A stretch of DNA of 64,000 bases from Octopus vulgaris (Eukaryota): positions 3,100,001 to 3,164,000 of the forward strand of contig OX597838.1 of NCBI GenBank assembly GCA_951406725.2, written 5' to 3'. How positions within the stretch are numbered: position 1 is the stretch's first letter; each line of letters opens with the position of its first letter. Shown piece by piece: positions 53,871 to 64,000 of this stretch. The notes beneath the pieces were generated by a model. The model saw only the letters and a program-made list of their open reading frames with translations. It was not told the origin of the DNA and made no database searches. Both the position numbers and the translations under genes were made by a program.

Positions 53871-53972
53871 CTGAAGCTTCTCGTGTGCGACTGTTGTATT
53901 CTTGGAAGAATTTTCGCATAATAAACAAGATCGGATCCCTTTACAAGAACATCGCTTCTCGTCTGTCTTCAT
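53871..53972 (-). CDS. ALKBH4: ALKBH4 (Fe(II)/2-oxoglutarate dioxygenase AlkB homolog 4), coding exon 1 of 3
   Basis: ATG at 53972 gives MKTDEKRCSCKGIRSCLLCENSSKNTTVAHEKLQ, containing the ALKBH4 N-terminal CxCKGIRxCLxCE motif. 102 nt, phase-0 donor CAG|GTAAAC. Confidence 0.9.
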
Positions 53973-54668
53973 TTTACGACTGAAACCAGAAACGTAAGAA
54001 TCGGATGTTTTGGTAAAGGCGGTGTTTGTTGAATTTATTCCCTGTTGTGAAGAAATAACACCCGGATTAACGGAGTTTATATATAAATATATGTGTGTCA
54101 AGCCTAATTTTGCTTATCTACATCATTACCTCCGTATTAGCTTATTTTGGATTTCTTTTAAAGACATTCTTGACCCGTGGACTTAATCCTGGTTGAAGAA
54201 TTCGGATTAAGTTCAAATTCGTTTGAGCACTAATGCGAGTTTTCAAAACTGAGCATAACTAGATCTCGCCTAATGTCCAATTGTGGTGCACCCGAGCACT
54301 GTATACAATAATTTCATTATTATATGTGTGTGTGGGGGGGGAGGAGGGATCCTACACCGGTACTTATACCGAAGGATCGCCTACTTTCTCTTTAAAATGC
54401 AATAAACTACTTTTATATAAGTCGCTTAATACATGCATGATCCCCATCGCTCTCCCTCCCTTTCTCTTTGTAACCTATATATACATATATATATATAGCA
54501 AATTTGTAATTATACAAAAAAATTCAAATTTTTTAAAAGAAAATTATTACTATTATTATTATTATTATTATTATTATCATCCATTCATTCCACTCCTCCC
54601 ACCACGACCACCACCACGGTTATTTAGTAAATTGTGCGCATCCTAAGCGGCCGCACACTGTGGGCAAC
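53973..54668. promoter_or_regulatory. Putative bidirectional promoter region shared by ALKBH4 and NDUFB5
   Basis: Divergent start codons only 696 bp apart. CpG-containing flanks; TGCGCAT (NRF1 half-site-like) at ~54635 and GCGGCCGC at ~54647. Confidence 0.6.
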
Positions 54669-54786
54669 ATGGTGGCCTTTAGTCTGTTGCGATTCTCCTC
54701 TCGGCAAGGAAGCCTGGTTCTTCGGCTGAACAAACCAGTTTCCACTCTACAAACATTACTAAAAGCTCCAGGAGTCACCACTGCTG
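54669..54786 (+). CDS. NDUFB5: NDUFB5 (complex I subunit SGDH) exon 1, mitochondrial presequence
   Basis: gcaacATGG Kozak context. MVAFSLLRFSSRQGSLVLRLNKPVSTLQTLLKAPGVTTA is Arg/Ser/Leu-rich with no acidic residues. 118 nt, phase 1 if the CTG|GCAAGT (GC) donor is used. Confidence 0.78.
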
Positions 54787-55199
54787 GCAAGTATTTACTG
54801 TTGTCTGTGTAAAGAACGATTAACGATGTATTTCTGCCCTGTTTTGTTCTGATCTGTTAAAGTCAAGACATACTTATTGACCTTGAAGGGGTGAACAGAG
54901 AAAAAACTCTTTTAAGAAAATAACCAATTCTTTCGGAATAAATTGTCGTTATTTTAAAACTAAATATATAAATGTTGAGAACAGGTCTAGGGCCTTGGTA
55001 GATTTTATATTTTGAATTGAGATTTGTTTTCGTTTTTATTTTCTGTGTTGGGAATATGTTGCGTTTGCATCCACTTCGCGAAGTCTCACTCATTCATATT
55101 ACACTTAATAAGGTACTTTTAATGTGTCACCGGCACGGGTATCTTAACTACAATTTCCATTTGATTTTCATTTTGATGTTGGTGTTAACGTACTTGATT

Positions 55200-55445
55200 C
55201 AGTAGGTCTCCTCAAGAACAGCAGGTCACCCTACGATCCAAGGTTAGCACAGCAGGCCGTCCTGCGAGCCATGGACTCACTCCGAAGTCACAGCATATCT
55301 CCAGAGGTCTTGGTCTTTCGCCATAGCCTCTGTGAGGCTCAACGTACGATGGTCATGCTTGACCACTTCGTCCCATGTCTTCCTGGGACTACCTCTACCC
55401 CGGATTCCTTCAACTGTTTGGGAGTGGCACTTCTTCACACATCTC
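55200..55445 (-). mobile_element. RTE-clade LINE 3' fragment
   Basis: GRGSPRKTWDEVVKHD.RTLSLTEAMAKDQDLWRYAV resembles the RTE C-terminal GRPRKTW...DR..WR motif. Confidence 0.65.
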
Positions 55446-55867
55446 TCTGAAACAGTTCATATCTACTATGCTGGATCCCATGATATCAATGTACCCTGCC
55501 TCAGGTGGTTATATGCTAATTAGTCCATAACTGAGATCCTGACAGGTGTTACTACTCTGGGTCTGAATAAACATGGGAACAATGGTGACTAAAGGATGGT
55601 TTCACACTCCTTAAAGCACTGGAACTCCTGAACCAGGCCCCTCTACCAGATGCAATTTAAGGTCCACACCCAAACAACTCTATACTGGCAAACTAACTCA
55701 AGTATTTCTTTTAATGAAGATGGTATCCCTGAGTAATTAACCTCAGTATTTTGTGTGCTTAGGTAAGTCTATCTGTCTGTACTTGTCCATGTGTCTATGA
55801 TGATGATGATATTTGTGTGTGTGCGTGTGTATATGTATATATATATACAGATGGATTGATAGATATA

Positions 55868-56035
55868 CAGGGTATCCACAAAGTCATTAAGCAAACACAT
55901 AACATTAATAAAACTATTAATATCATTAAAAAACTTTAATAATAACACAGTAATATGCAACAACAATGTAGTTGTCACTCCTAAAATTTTCATAACGACC
56001 TTTTGAAATTGTCTAAATACTTTGTTGACACCCTG
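55868..56035. mobile_element. Tc1/mariner-derived MITE in NDUFB5 intron 1
   Basis: 17-bp TIRs CAGGGTATCCACAAAGT / ACTTTGTTGACACCCTG (15/17), flanked by TA on both sides. Confidence 0.8.
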
Positions 56036-56121
56036 TATATGTATGTATGTATGTATATGAGCTGTCAGTCTCTCATTAACCATTTATTTAATTAGTTAAT
56101 TAATCTTCATTGTTTTACTAG

Positions 56122-56204
56122 TTGTCCGACATATGGGAGCTCATAAACATGTTATCCCCATACAACCATCAAGATTTGAATGGCATCGATTCAGAAATGA
56201 TTTC
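56122..56204 (+). CDS. NDUFB5: NDUFB5 exon 2
   Basis: Acceptor ttttactag, donor TTC|GTAAGT. VVRHMGAHKHVIPIQPSRFEWHRFRNDF aligns by eye to NDUFB5 VRH...I.PSRF. Confidence 0.88.
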
Positions 56205-57157
56205 GTAAGTAAACATTTTTGTTCTTTGTACACGCTTCATTAAGTTCTAAGTCCTTAATGTCGGTGAATGTGCATTCTTTTCTACTTTTGGTCAGTTTAG
56301 TCATTAGACTGTGGTCACTTTGTCTTGAACAGTTTTAGTCATTTTTATTGATGGGCGCAGGTGTTGCTGTGTGGTAACAAGTTTGCTTCCCAACCACATG
56401 GTTCCGGGTTCGGTCCCACTGCATGGCACCTTGGGCAAGTGTCTTCTGCTCTAGCCTCAGACTGACCAAAGCCTTGTGAGTGGATTTGGTAAACGGAAAT
56501 TGAAAGAAGCCTGTCGTATATATGTATATATGCATGGAAAGCAGACGTTAAACAATGACGACGATGAGTAATGAAGATTGAATGTTCACACTATACACTA
56601 TGTCAACTTGTATGCTGGAGGATATGGTACTGAGGAGAGTAATGTGGATCATCATCATTTAACGTCCGCTTTCCATGCTGGCATGGGTTGGACGATTTGA
56701 CTGAGGTCCGGTGAACCAGATGGCTGCACCAGGCCCCAATCTTGATCTGGCAGAGTTTCTGCAGCTGGATGCCATTCCTAACGCCAACCACTCCGAGAGT
56801 GTAGTGGGTGCTTTTACGTGCCACCGTCACGAAGGCCAGTAAGGCGGTACTGGCAGCAGCCACGCTCAAATGGTGCTATTTATGTGCCACCTGCACATGG
56901 GCCAGTCCAGCGGCACTGGCAACGACCTCGCTCGAATGCTGTTGAGAGCAATGTTGATAAGGATCTTCTTGATCATCATCATCATCATAATAATACTGTT
57001 AATATTGACAATGCTTTTGATAATGTTGATAGTGATGATGATGGTGCTGTTGACCATGCTGATTCTGATAATGTTAATGCTGCTACAATTGATGTTGATA
57101 ATGATGATGTTGTTGGTGGTGATTTTTTATTGTACCTTTTTTTGGTTTATTTCACAG

Positions 57158-57224
57158 CATTTCTTTACATTGCTCGGTGTCGTACCTCTTGGACTCCTCA
57201 CCATTTATGTGAACCTCTTTGTCG
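57158..57224 (+). CDS. NDUFB5: NDUFB5 exon 3 (transmembrane helix)
   Basis: Acceptor tttatttcacag, donor TCG|GTAAGA. HFFTLLGVVPLGLLTIYVNLFVG; phase 0/1. Confidence 0.9.
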
Positions 57225-57276
57225 GTAAGAACATTTTTCCAATCTCGTGGGATCTTCCATATTTTCACTGAGTAAC

Positions 57277-57610
57277 ATAATAATAATAATTGTGTACAGT
57301 GCTCAGGTGCACTACAACTCATCTAAAGTGTATATATAATCAGGTGTAGTTTCGGCGGATTTCGGAAAGCATGAGGGCCTTAAAGGATGCAGTGTCATGG
57401 CAGTCAACAACTGACGCAGGCAGTTTATTCCATGCTTCAGCAACTCTGAGCGTGAAAAAATGTTTCCAAAAGTCATGGGAGCTGTGTTGTTTTCTGACTT
57501 TGTAGGCATGTCCACGTGTGTTAGACACATGGAGATCAAAAAGGTGTTTAGTGTTGTTGTTGTTGTTGGTGAGGTGGTTGACAACTTTGTGGGTGTTTAC
57601 CATATTTAAT
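57277..57610 (-). mobile_element. CR1/L2-clade LINE 3' end in NDUFB5 intron 3
   Basis: Reverse-complement match to 61405-61772; SNTRGHAYKVRKQHSSHDFWKHFFTLRVAEAWNKLP. Confidence 0.85.
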
Positions 57611-58009
57611 TGCATCTGCTTACAATCTCAGTTCCACCCTTATTAGAAGACTCAAATTTTTATTTCCTTCTTGTGGGTTTGATAATTGTAAAATCCCTAT
57701 AAACAACTGGGGAAAAAGGGCAGGTTTGTAATTGATTATTCTCTCTTCAAACTTCTGAATTTGTGTCCCAAATTAAAAATTGTTGTTGTTGTTGTTGTTG
57801 TGGTGAGTGGCAGAATCGTTAGCATGCCGGACGAAATGCTTATCGGCATTTCATCCATCTTCATGTTCTGAGTTCAAATTCTGCTGAGGTCGACTTTGCC
57901 TTTCATCCTTTCAGGGTTGATAAATTAAGTACCAGTTGCGTACAGGGGTTGATCTAATCGATTGGCCCCTTCCTCCAAAATTTCAGTGCTTGTGCCTATA
58001 GTAGAAAGG

Positions 58010-58044
<35 letters not shown>

Positions 58045-58265
58045 GAACGTCACCCAAATTCTGCCGAGGTTGACTTTGTCTTTCATCCTTTCAGGGTCAA
58101 TGAAATACGTACCAGTTGAACACTGGGGTCGATGTAATCAACTAGCCCCCCCCCCCCTCCCGCTTGGGGTGAAGATGTGAGGATAGGGGTAGGGTGTGTG
58201 GGAGTGGAATGTGTGAGTGGTGGTTGAAGGTGTGGTATGTGGGAATGGGTGGTGGGATTGAGATA

Positions 58266-58305
<40 letters not shown>

Positions 58306-58492
58306 ACATATATTTATGGGATCAGTGTGAAGGAGTCTCAAAGTTTTCCTTGTTTTCTTGATGATGATGATGATGGTGATTACATTGAGGTTCCCTTGTT
58401 GGTACATTGTTGCTGTTGGTGGTGGTGGTCATTGTTGTAATGATGATTATGATGTCCTAGGGGTGATTCTATTTCCTGTTTTGTCTTTCCAG

Positions 58493-58554
58493 GAAATGCC
58501 GAACTTGCTGATATTCCTGAGGGTTATGAGCCTGAAGACTGGGAATATTCCAAG
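58493..58554 (+). CDS. NDUFB5: NDUFB5 exon 4
   Basis: Acceptor ttttgtctttccag, donor AAG|[27 protein letters not shown] matches the NDUFB5 signature AELAEIPEGYxPEHWEY. Confidence 0.93.
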
Positions 58555-58794
58555 GTTTGTATCCATGTCATGCGTGTGTGTTGCTGTTAAGGTGTTTAAC
58601 CCTGGGTCAGATTTTATCCAGCACATGGTCAAAGCTGGATTAGCCTTGACTAACATTTAATTTTGTTTCACAATTACCATATATAAGTTTATGTTTCCCA
58701 AATACAGTAATAGCTCACTTTACAAGAAACTGCTTTACGACCCCCTAAATTTGACTTTTTATGAGTTTTCGCTTTACGAGCAACATCAAATCAA

Positions 58795-59332
58795 ATCAAA
58801 TGGAAACTGTAGTTGTGACCCCTGTGCCAGTGGCACATAAAAAGCACCATCCAATCATGGTTGATGCCAGCTCCTCTGGCCCCTGTGCTTGTGGCACATA
58901 AAAAGCACCATCCGAACGTGGTGATGCCAGTGCCACTTTGACTGGCTTCCGTGCTGGTGGCATGTAAAAAGGCACCATCCGATCATGGTTGATGCCAGCT
59001 CCTCTGGCCCCTGTGCTGGTGGCACGTAAAAAGGCACCATCCGAACGTGGCTGATGCCAGTGCCACTTTGACTGGCTTCTGTGCTGGTTGCATGTAAAAA
59101 GGCACCATCCGATCATGGTTGATGCCAGCTCCTCTGGCCCCTGTGCAGGTGGCATGTAAAAAGCACCCACTACACTCTTGGAGTGGTTGGCATTAGGAAG
59201 GACATCCAGCTGTAGAAACACTGCCAGATCAGATTGGGGCCTGGTGCAGCCTCCTGGCTTCCTAGACCCCAGTCGAACCGTCCAACCCATGGCAGCATGG
59301 AAAACGGACGCTAAACGATGATGATGATGATG
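58795..59332 (+). mobile_element. SINE-like family D with (GAT)n tail and internal tandem expansion
   Basis: Core GGTTGGCATTAGGAAGG(G)CATCCAGCTGTAGAAAC...CCAACCCATG(C)CAGCATGGAAA...(GAT)n. Opposite-orientation copies at ~45190-45462, 46786-47045, 56648-56940 and 62285-62490. Confidence 0.75.
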
Positions 59333-59722
59333 AGCATTCTCCAAGAAAATGTTTGCAGCTCCCCCTGTCATTTTACATCCAGTTTCTTTTTTTCCATGCT
59401 GGCCCAGAAGTTGTAAACTCCCAGATCAGACAGGATGCCTGGCAAGTATTTTGTTCCGGATCTTTGCATTCTCAGTTCAAATTCTACTAAGATCAGCTTT
59501 GCTGCTCATCCTTTCGGGGTCCATCCATCCATCGATTCATCTTCTCTGCCTCCTATTCCTGTGTCGATAAATTTTTACTACAAAGAAAAAAATTGCTAAA
59601 GTTGACCCCCACCCCACCCCATGGCTTACAGTTGAACGAAAAAAAATTTAGTTTCATTCGTTTGTTTGTTTGTTGAATTTTTTTAAAGTGGTTTTTTTTT
59701 TTCTGTTTGTTTTTTTTTCCAG

Positions 59723-59829
59723 TCTCCCATTTCGCAGTTCTTGTGCAAACGTCTTTATGATCCGATGCAGATGTCATATGAAAAGAGATTGCATCATCTA
59801 CATGAAAAGAATGAGCGACGCAAACAAAA
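59723..59829 (+). CDS. NDUFB5: NDUFB5 exon 5
   Basis: Acceptor ttttttttccag, donor AA|GTAAGT. SPISQFLCKRLYDPMQMSYEKRLHHLHEKNERRKQ resembles HPISRWIAR..YD.PEK.YE; phase 0/2. Confidence 0.9.
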
Positions 59830-60090
59830 GTAAGTTGTAGTAGTAGTAGCAGGTGGTGGTGGTGGTGGTTGTTGAGGCGGTGAGCTGGTAGAATCGTTAG
59901 CACATTGGACGAAATGCTTAGCGGTATTTCACCCTGTCGCTTCAATCTGAGTTCAAATGCTGCTGAGGTTGACTTTGCCTTTCATCCTTTCAGGATCAAT
60001 AAATTATGTACCAGCTGAACACTGGGGTCGATGTGACTGGCTAGTGTCACCCTCCCCACCAAAATTTTAATTCTGCTTATTGTAGAAAGG

Positions 60091-60128
<38 letters not shown>

Positions 60129-60198
60129 GCAGGTCTTTTCTTAAATCAAGTAGATTTATAATCAAAGGGGACAAATTTAGAAGACTCGTTACAGCATA

Positions 60199-60416
60199 CA
60201 AGGGAGTGCAGAAAAGTCCCTAGCTTTAAGAGAATTGCAAAAGGCCTGGTTGGAGGCCCAACCTTCTGAGTTCTTTTACAGGGCTTTGAAAAGCTGAAGG
60301 ACCACTGCAATTAAATGTGTGAACCTGAGAAGGGAATATGTTGAATAAAATCATAATGAACTGATTGCCCTGCATTTTCTTTTACCTGAAGCCATGAACT
60401 TTTCAGCTTCCCTTCA
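60199..60416 (+). mobile_element. Short mariner derivative in NDUFB5 intron 5
   Basis: Imperfect TIRs AAGGGAGTGCAGAAAAGT / ACTTTTCAGCTTCCCTT. Retains the mariner C-terminus KCVNLRREYVE*. Confidence 0.7.
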
Positions 60417-60686
60417 TGCAGTAGATTGCCATGTGTTTGGTTCCGTTCTCTATGCTGTCACTTAAAATCTCATCAAAATCATATCCACATATATACGACG
60501 GGCTTCTTTCAGTTTCCGTCTACCAAATCCACTCACAAGACTTTGTCTGAGGCTATAGCAGAAGACGCTTGTCCAAGGTGCCATGCAATGGGACTGAACC
60601 TGGAACCATGTGGTTGGGAAGCAAGCTACTTACCACACAGCCACGTCTGATGTTGATGATTTTATTTCTTTCTTTCTTCGTTCCAG

Positions 60687-60831
60687 GCTTCTGGAGAGGG
60701 AAGTCCATGAGGTGATGGCCAGCAAACAGGATTACATGGGTTGGTATTACGTTCCAGTCAGCAAATCATATGTCGATGAAGGCAAGAAGTTTACCAAAGA
60801 CGGTGCAAGAGACTATGGCCTCGAAGAATAG
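60687..60831 (+). CDS. NDUFB5: NDUFB5 exon 6 (includes stop)
   Basis: Acceptor tttcttcgttccag. KLLEREVHEVMASKQDYMGWYYVPVSK...LEE* resembles E.EVR.LM...D..WYY. Total CDS 582 nt = 193 aa; all phases are compatible. Confidence 0.9.
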
Positions 60832-61404
60832 TCAGCAGATGTCAGAGATATAAATATTGCACTGGAATTTTCTAGAAGACCAGACATCAAAAGAATTTCC
60901 TCCCCCCACTTTTTTTTTTTGCCTTTTCAGAAAATTGTTAGCAATTATAACTTTTATTAAATATAAATTACTTTATCAAAATTGTTGGCGTTATTTTGTT
61001 TATCTTTCCTATCTTTTACTTGTTGGGCCACCATCTTGAATGGTTAAGTCAACCGGGGTCCATGTGGCGCCCAAGGGTCTATATAAGGATATTTGGGTCC
61101 AGGTAACAAAATAGTAAATTGGAGATTCACAATAGTATTTTAAGGGGTCCTTGAAAAGATTTTGTTTTAGAAGTATGTATTGGAAGAAATAACTGGGTTT
61201 CTTTCTCTGGTGTTTTACTTAATCCAACCTACACAAGTTAATGTGTGAAAAACACAATAGGAATTTGGAAAGAAGTTTCTATAAAATTAGTTTTTAAACA
61301 TTGACTGGCTATAGGGGTCCACCAGAATAAAGTAGTAATCAAAGGGGTCCTTAGACGAGAAATGGTTGAGAATCCCTGCTTTAGATGCATGTATTGGTAT
61401 GTAT

Positions 61405-61772
61405 TGCAAGAAACACCTCTTTGATCTCCCTGTGTCCAACACACGTGGACATGCCTACAAAGTCAGAAAACAGCACAGCCCCCATGACTTTCGGAAACAT
61501 TTTTTCACGCTCAGAGTTACTGAAGCATGGAACAAACTGCCTGCATCAGTTGTTGACTGCCATGACACTGCATCCTTTAAGGCCCTCATGCTTTCCGAAA
61601 CTACACCTGATTGTCCCCCTTCCATACTCATACACATATGTGTATGTCATGACTCATGCACTGTTCTTTCCCTGATGCTTGTACATTACCCTATGTACTA
61701 TACATACACTTTAGATGAGTTGTAGTGCACCTGAGCACTGTACACAATGTTTTATTATTATTATTATTATTA
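61405..61772 (+). mobile_element. CR1/L2-clade LINE 3' end
   Basis: HLFDLPVSNTRGHAYKVRKQH...RKHFFTLRVTEAWNKLPASVV (TRGH / FF..RV...WN.LP C-terminal motif) with an (ATT)n tail. A near-identical copy is on the minus strand at ~57277-57610 and a 3' stub at ~54280-54322. Confidence 0.85.
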
Positions 61773-63391
61773 AACAGCTGGGTTTCTTTTAACATTTTAC
61801 AAGGTCCAACCTACACAAGTTAATGTGCGAAACACAAATTAGGAATTTTGAAAGAAGTAGCTAGAAAATTAGTTTTTAAACATCGAAAGGCTATGAGGGT
61901 CGACAAGAATGAAATAGTAATGAAAGGGGGTCCATAGATTTTTTTAAATGGCTAAGAATCCCTGGTTTAGTCAATTCAATCACAGTACTTATTCTTGTTG
62001 AGTCTGATAATTATTCTCTTAGTCTCTTTTGCTGGACTGCTAAGTTATGGGGATGTAAACAAACCAACACCAATTGTCAGGCAATGGTGGAGAAGAAACA
62101 GAAATACGAAGATGCACACACACACACATATACAAATGCCAGGTTTCCACACAATCTCCATCTGCCATATTCATTCACAAGGCATTGATCAGCCTGAGGC
62201 TATAGTTAGAAGGTGCTTGTCCAAGGTGCCATGCATGGTAAATAGAATCTAAAAGAAAAACATAAATATGTACATATATATCATCATCATCATCGTCGTC
62301 ATTTAACGTCCGCTTTCCATGCTGGCATGGGTTAGATGATTTGACTGAGGACTGGCGAACCAGATGGTTGCACCAGGCTCCAATCTTGATCTGGCAGAGT
62401 TTCTACAGCTGGACGCCCTTCCTAATGCCAACCACTCTGAGAGTGTAGTGGGTGCTTTTATGTTCCACTGGCATGGGGGCCAGTCAGGCTTTGTGTTTAC
62501 AGTAGAAATAGTTATTGATTTAATGTCCACGAGAGATATAAAACAGTTTTAACAAAACCACTGACCACATTGAAGCAGAGTTTCAGATAAGGACAGCCGC
62601 ACATGCTGGATTTTCTCCATTTTAACAGGGATTTTGTCAATTGTTTTTTCATCACAGCCTTGGAAATAATGAGGGGCATTTTTTTTTTATGCAAAAGCAT
62701 TTAAAAATGTTTTGATTTTTTTTTTTTTTCACTTCTCCCACACTTAAAAACAATGAGAGAAAAAAAATTAAAAATTTCAGCAAAATTAAAAATTTCAGCA
62801 AAAAAATTAAAAAAAAAATTTGGAAATATTTTCAAATGAAAAGGTAATTTAAAGGAGAATTAGCTAAATGAAACAATTAGTTGGTGGATGGTGAAAGTAA
62901 ATAATCAAAAAGAAAAACCAAGATAACACAGAATATAGAAAATAATTTATTAAATTTTATTTTGTTTTTTTTTTTTCTTGTTCATGAAATTATTGAGAAA
63001 TAACATTTTCAGATTTCTGAAATTTGAGGATAACAATGTAAGGAGCAATATTTATCAGATGATTTTTGTTGTCGGTGGGTTGGGGTTAACTTTGTACAAA
63101 AGGGTTAAAAGCATTTTTGTTTTTCTGTTATTTTCAGAGAATGGAGTATGGCAGTGGCATTATTATTATTATTATTATTATTAAGGCGGTGACCAGGCAG
63201 AATTGTTAGTGTGCTGGACGAAATGCTTAGCAGTATTTCGCCAGTTGCTACATTCTGAGTTCAAATTCCGCCGAGTCAACTTTGCCTTTCATCCTTTCGG
63301 GGTCGATAAATTAAGTACCAGTTACGCACTGGGGTAGATGTAATCGACTAGTCCCCTCCAAAGTGGTTGCCCTTGTGGCAAAATTTGAAAC

Positions 63392-63436
<45 letters not shown>

Positions 63437-64000
63437 GGTAGCGAGGTGGCAGAATTGCTAGCACACCAGGCAAAATGCTTATCAACAATTCATCGGTCTT
63501 TATGTTCTGGGTTCAAATGCTGCTGAGGTCAACTTTCATCTTTTCAGGGCCAATAAAATTAGTACCAATTACATGCTGGGGTTGATGCAATCAACAAACT
63601 CCTCCCCCGAAATTATTATTATTATTAAGGTGGTGACCTGGCAGAATCGTTAGCACGATTTCTATTTTTACTCTTATCTTTCATCCTCATGGGGGTCGAT
63701 AAAATAAGTCCTAGTTAAGTTCTGGGATCAATGTAGTCAACTAGCTCCCTTCACCAAAGTTTCAGACCTTCTAGAAAGAATTATTAATATTATTGTCATT
63801 TTATGTTATTTTATGTAAGCCCTTGTGGCTAATAAAAGAATTACTACTACTACTATTATTATTATTATTAATAATAATAATGATAGTAGTAGTAGTAGTA
63901 GTAGTAGTAAGCATGCTGGACAAAATGCTCAGCAGTGTATCTTCCAGCTCTTTACATTCTGGGTTCAAATCTTGCCAAAGGTGACTTTTTCTTTCATTCT

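Noticed and set aside
53718-54101. 127-aa ORF spanning ALKBH4 exon 1
   Set aside because: Only 53871-53972 resembles ALKBH4. The rest is 5'UTR from a non-ATG start and intron past a good GT donor.
58835-59165. Regularly spaced repeats resembling a CRISPR array
   Set aside because: The intervening sequences are themselves repeated (A-B-A-B-A), the context is a eukaryotic SINE, and there are no cas genes.

Overview
Eukaryotic, AT-rich, extremely microsatellite- and SINE-dense DNA; the repeat landscape suggests an octopod cephalopod (inference, not searched). Almost all ORFs in the supplied track are simple-repeat artefacts. Manual splicing recovers three protein-coding genes. (1) ALKBH4 on the minus strand: 3 coding exons, 53972-53871, 45997-45788 and 32875-32357, 276 aa. 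(2) An intronless PC-esterase/SGNH gene (PCED1/FAM113-like, 41885-40749, 378 aa) nested on the SAME strand inside ALKBH4 intron 2. (3) NDUFB5 on the plus strand: 6 exons, 54669-60831, 193 aa, head-to-head with ALKBH4 about 0.7 kb away, with a GC-AG first intron. The first ~32 kb has no recognisable gene. It holds transposon relics (Tc1/mariner, hAT MITEs, RLE-type LINE ends), a type I hammerhead ribozyme with an intact core on the minus strand (13045-13091), a perfect 78-bp palindrome and motif-rich unique islands. A tRNA-Val(TAC) pseudogene and several fold-back structures lie in the ALKBH4 introns. No CRISPR arrays or rRNA were seen. Repeat boundaries are approximate.
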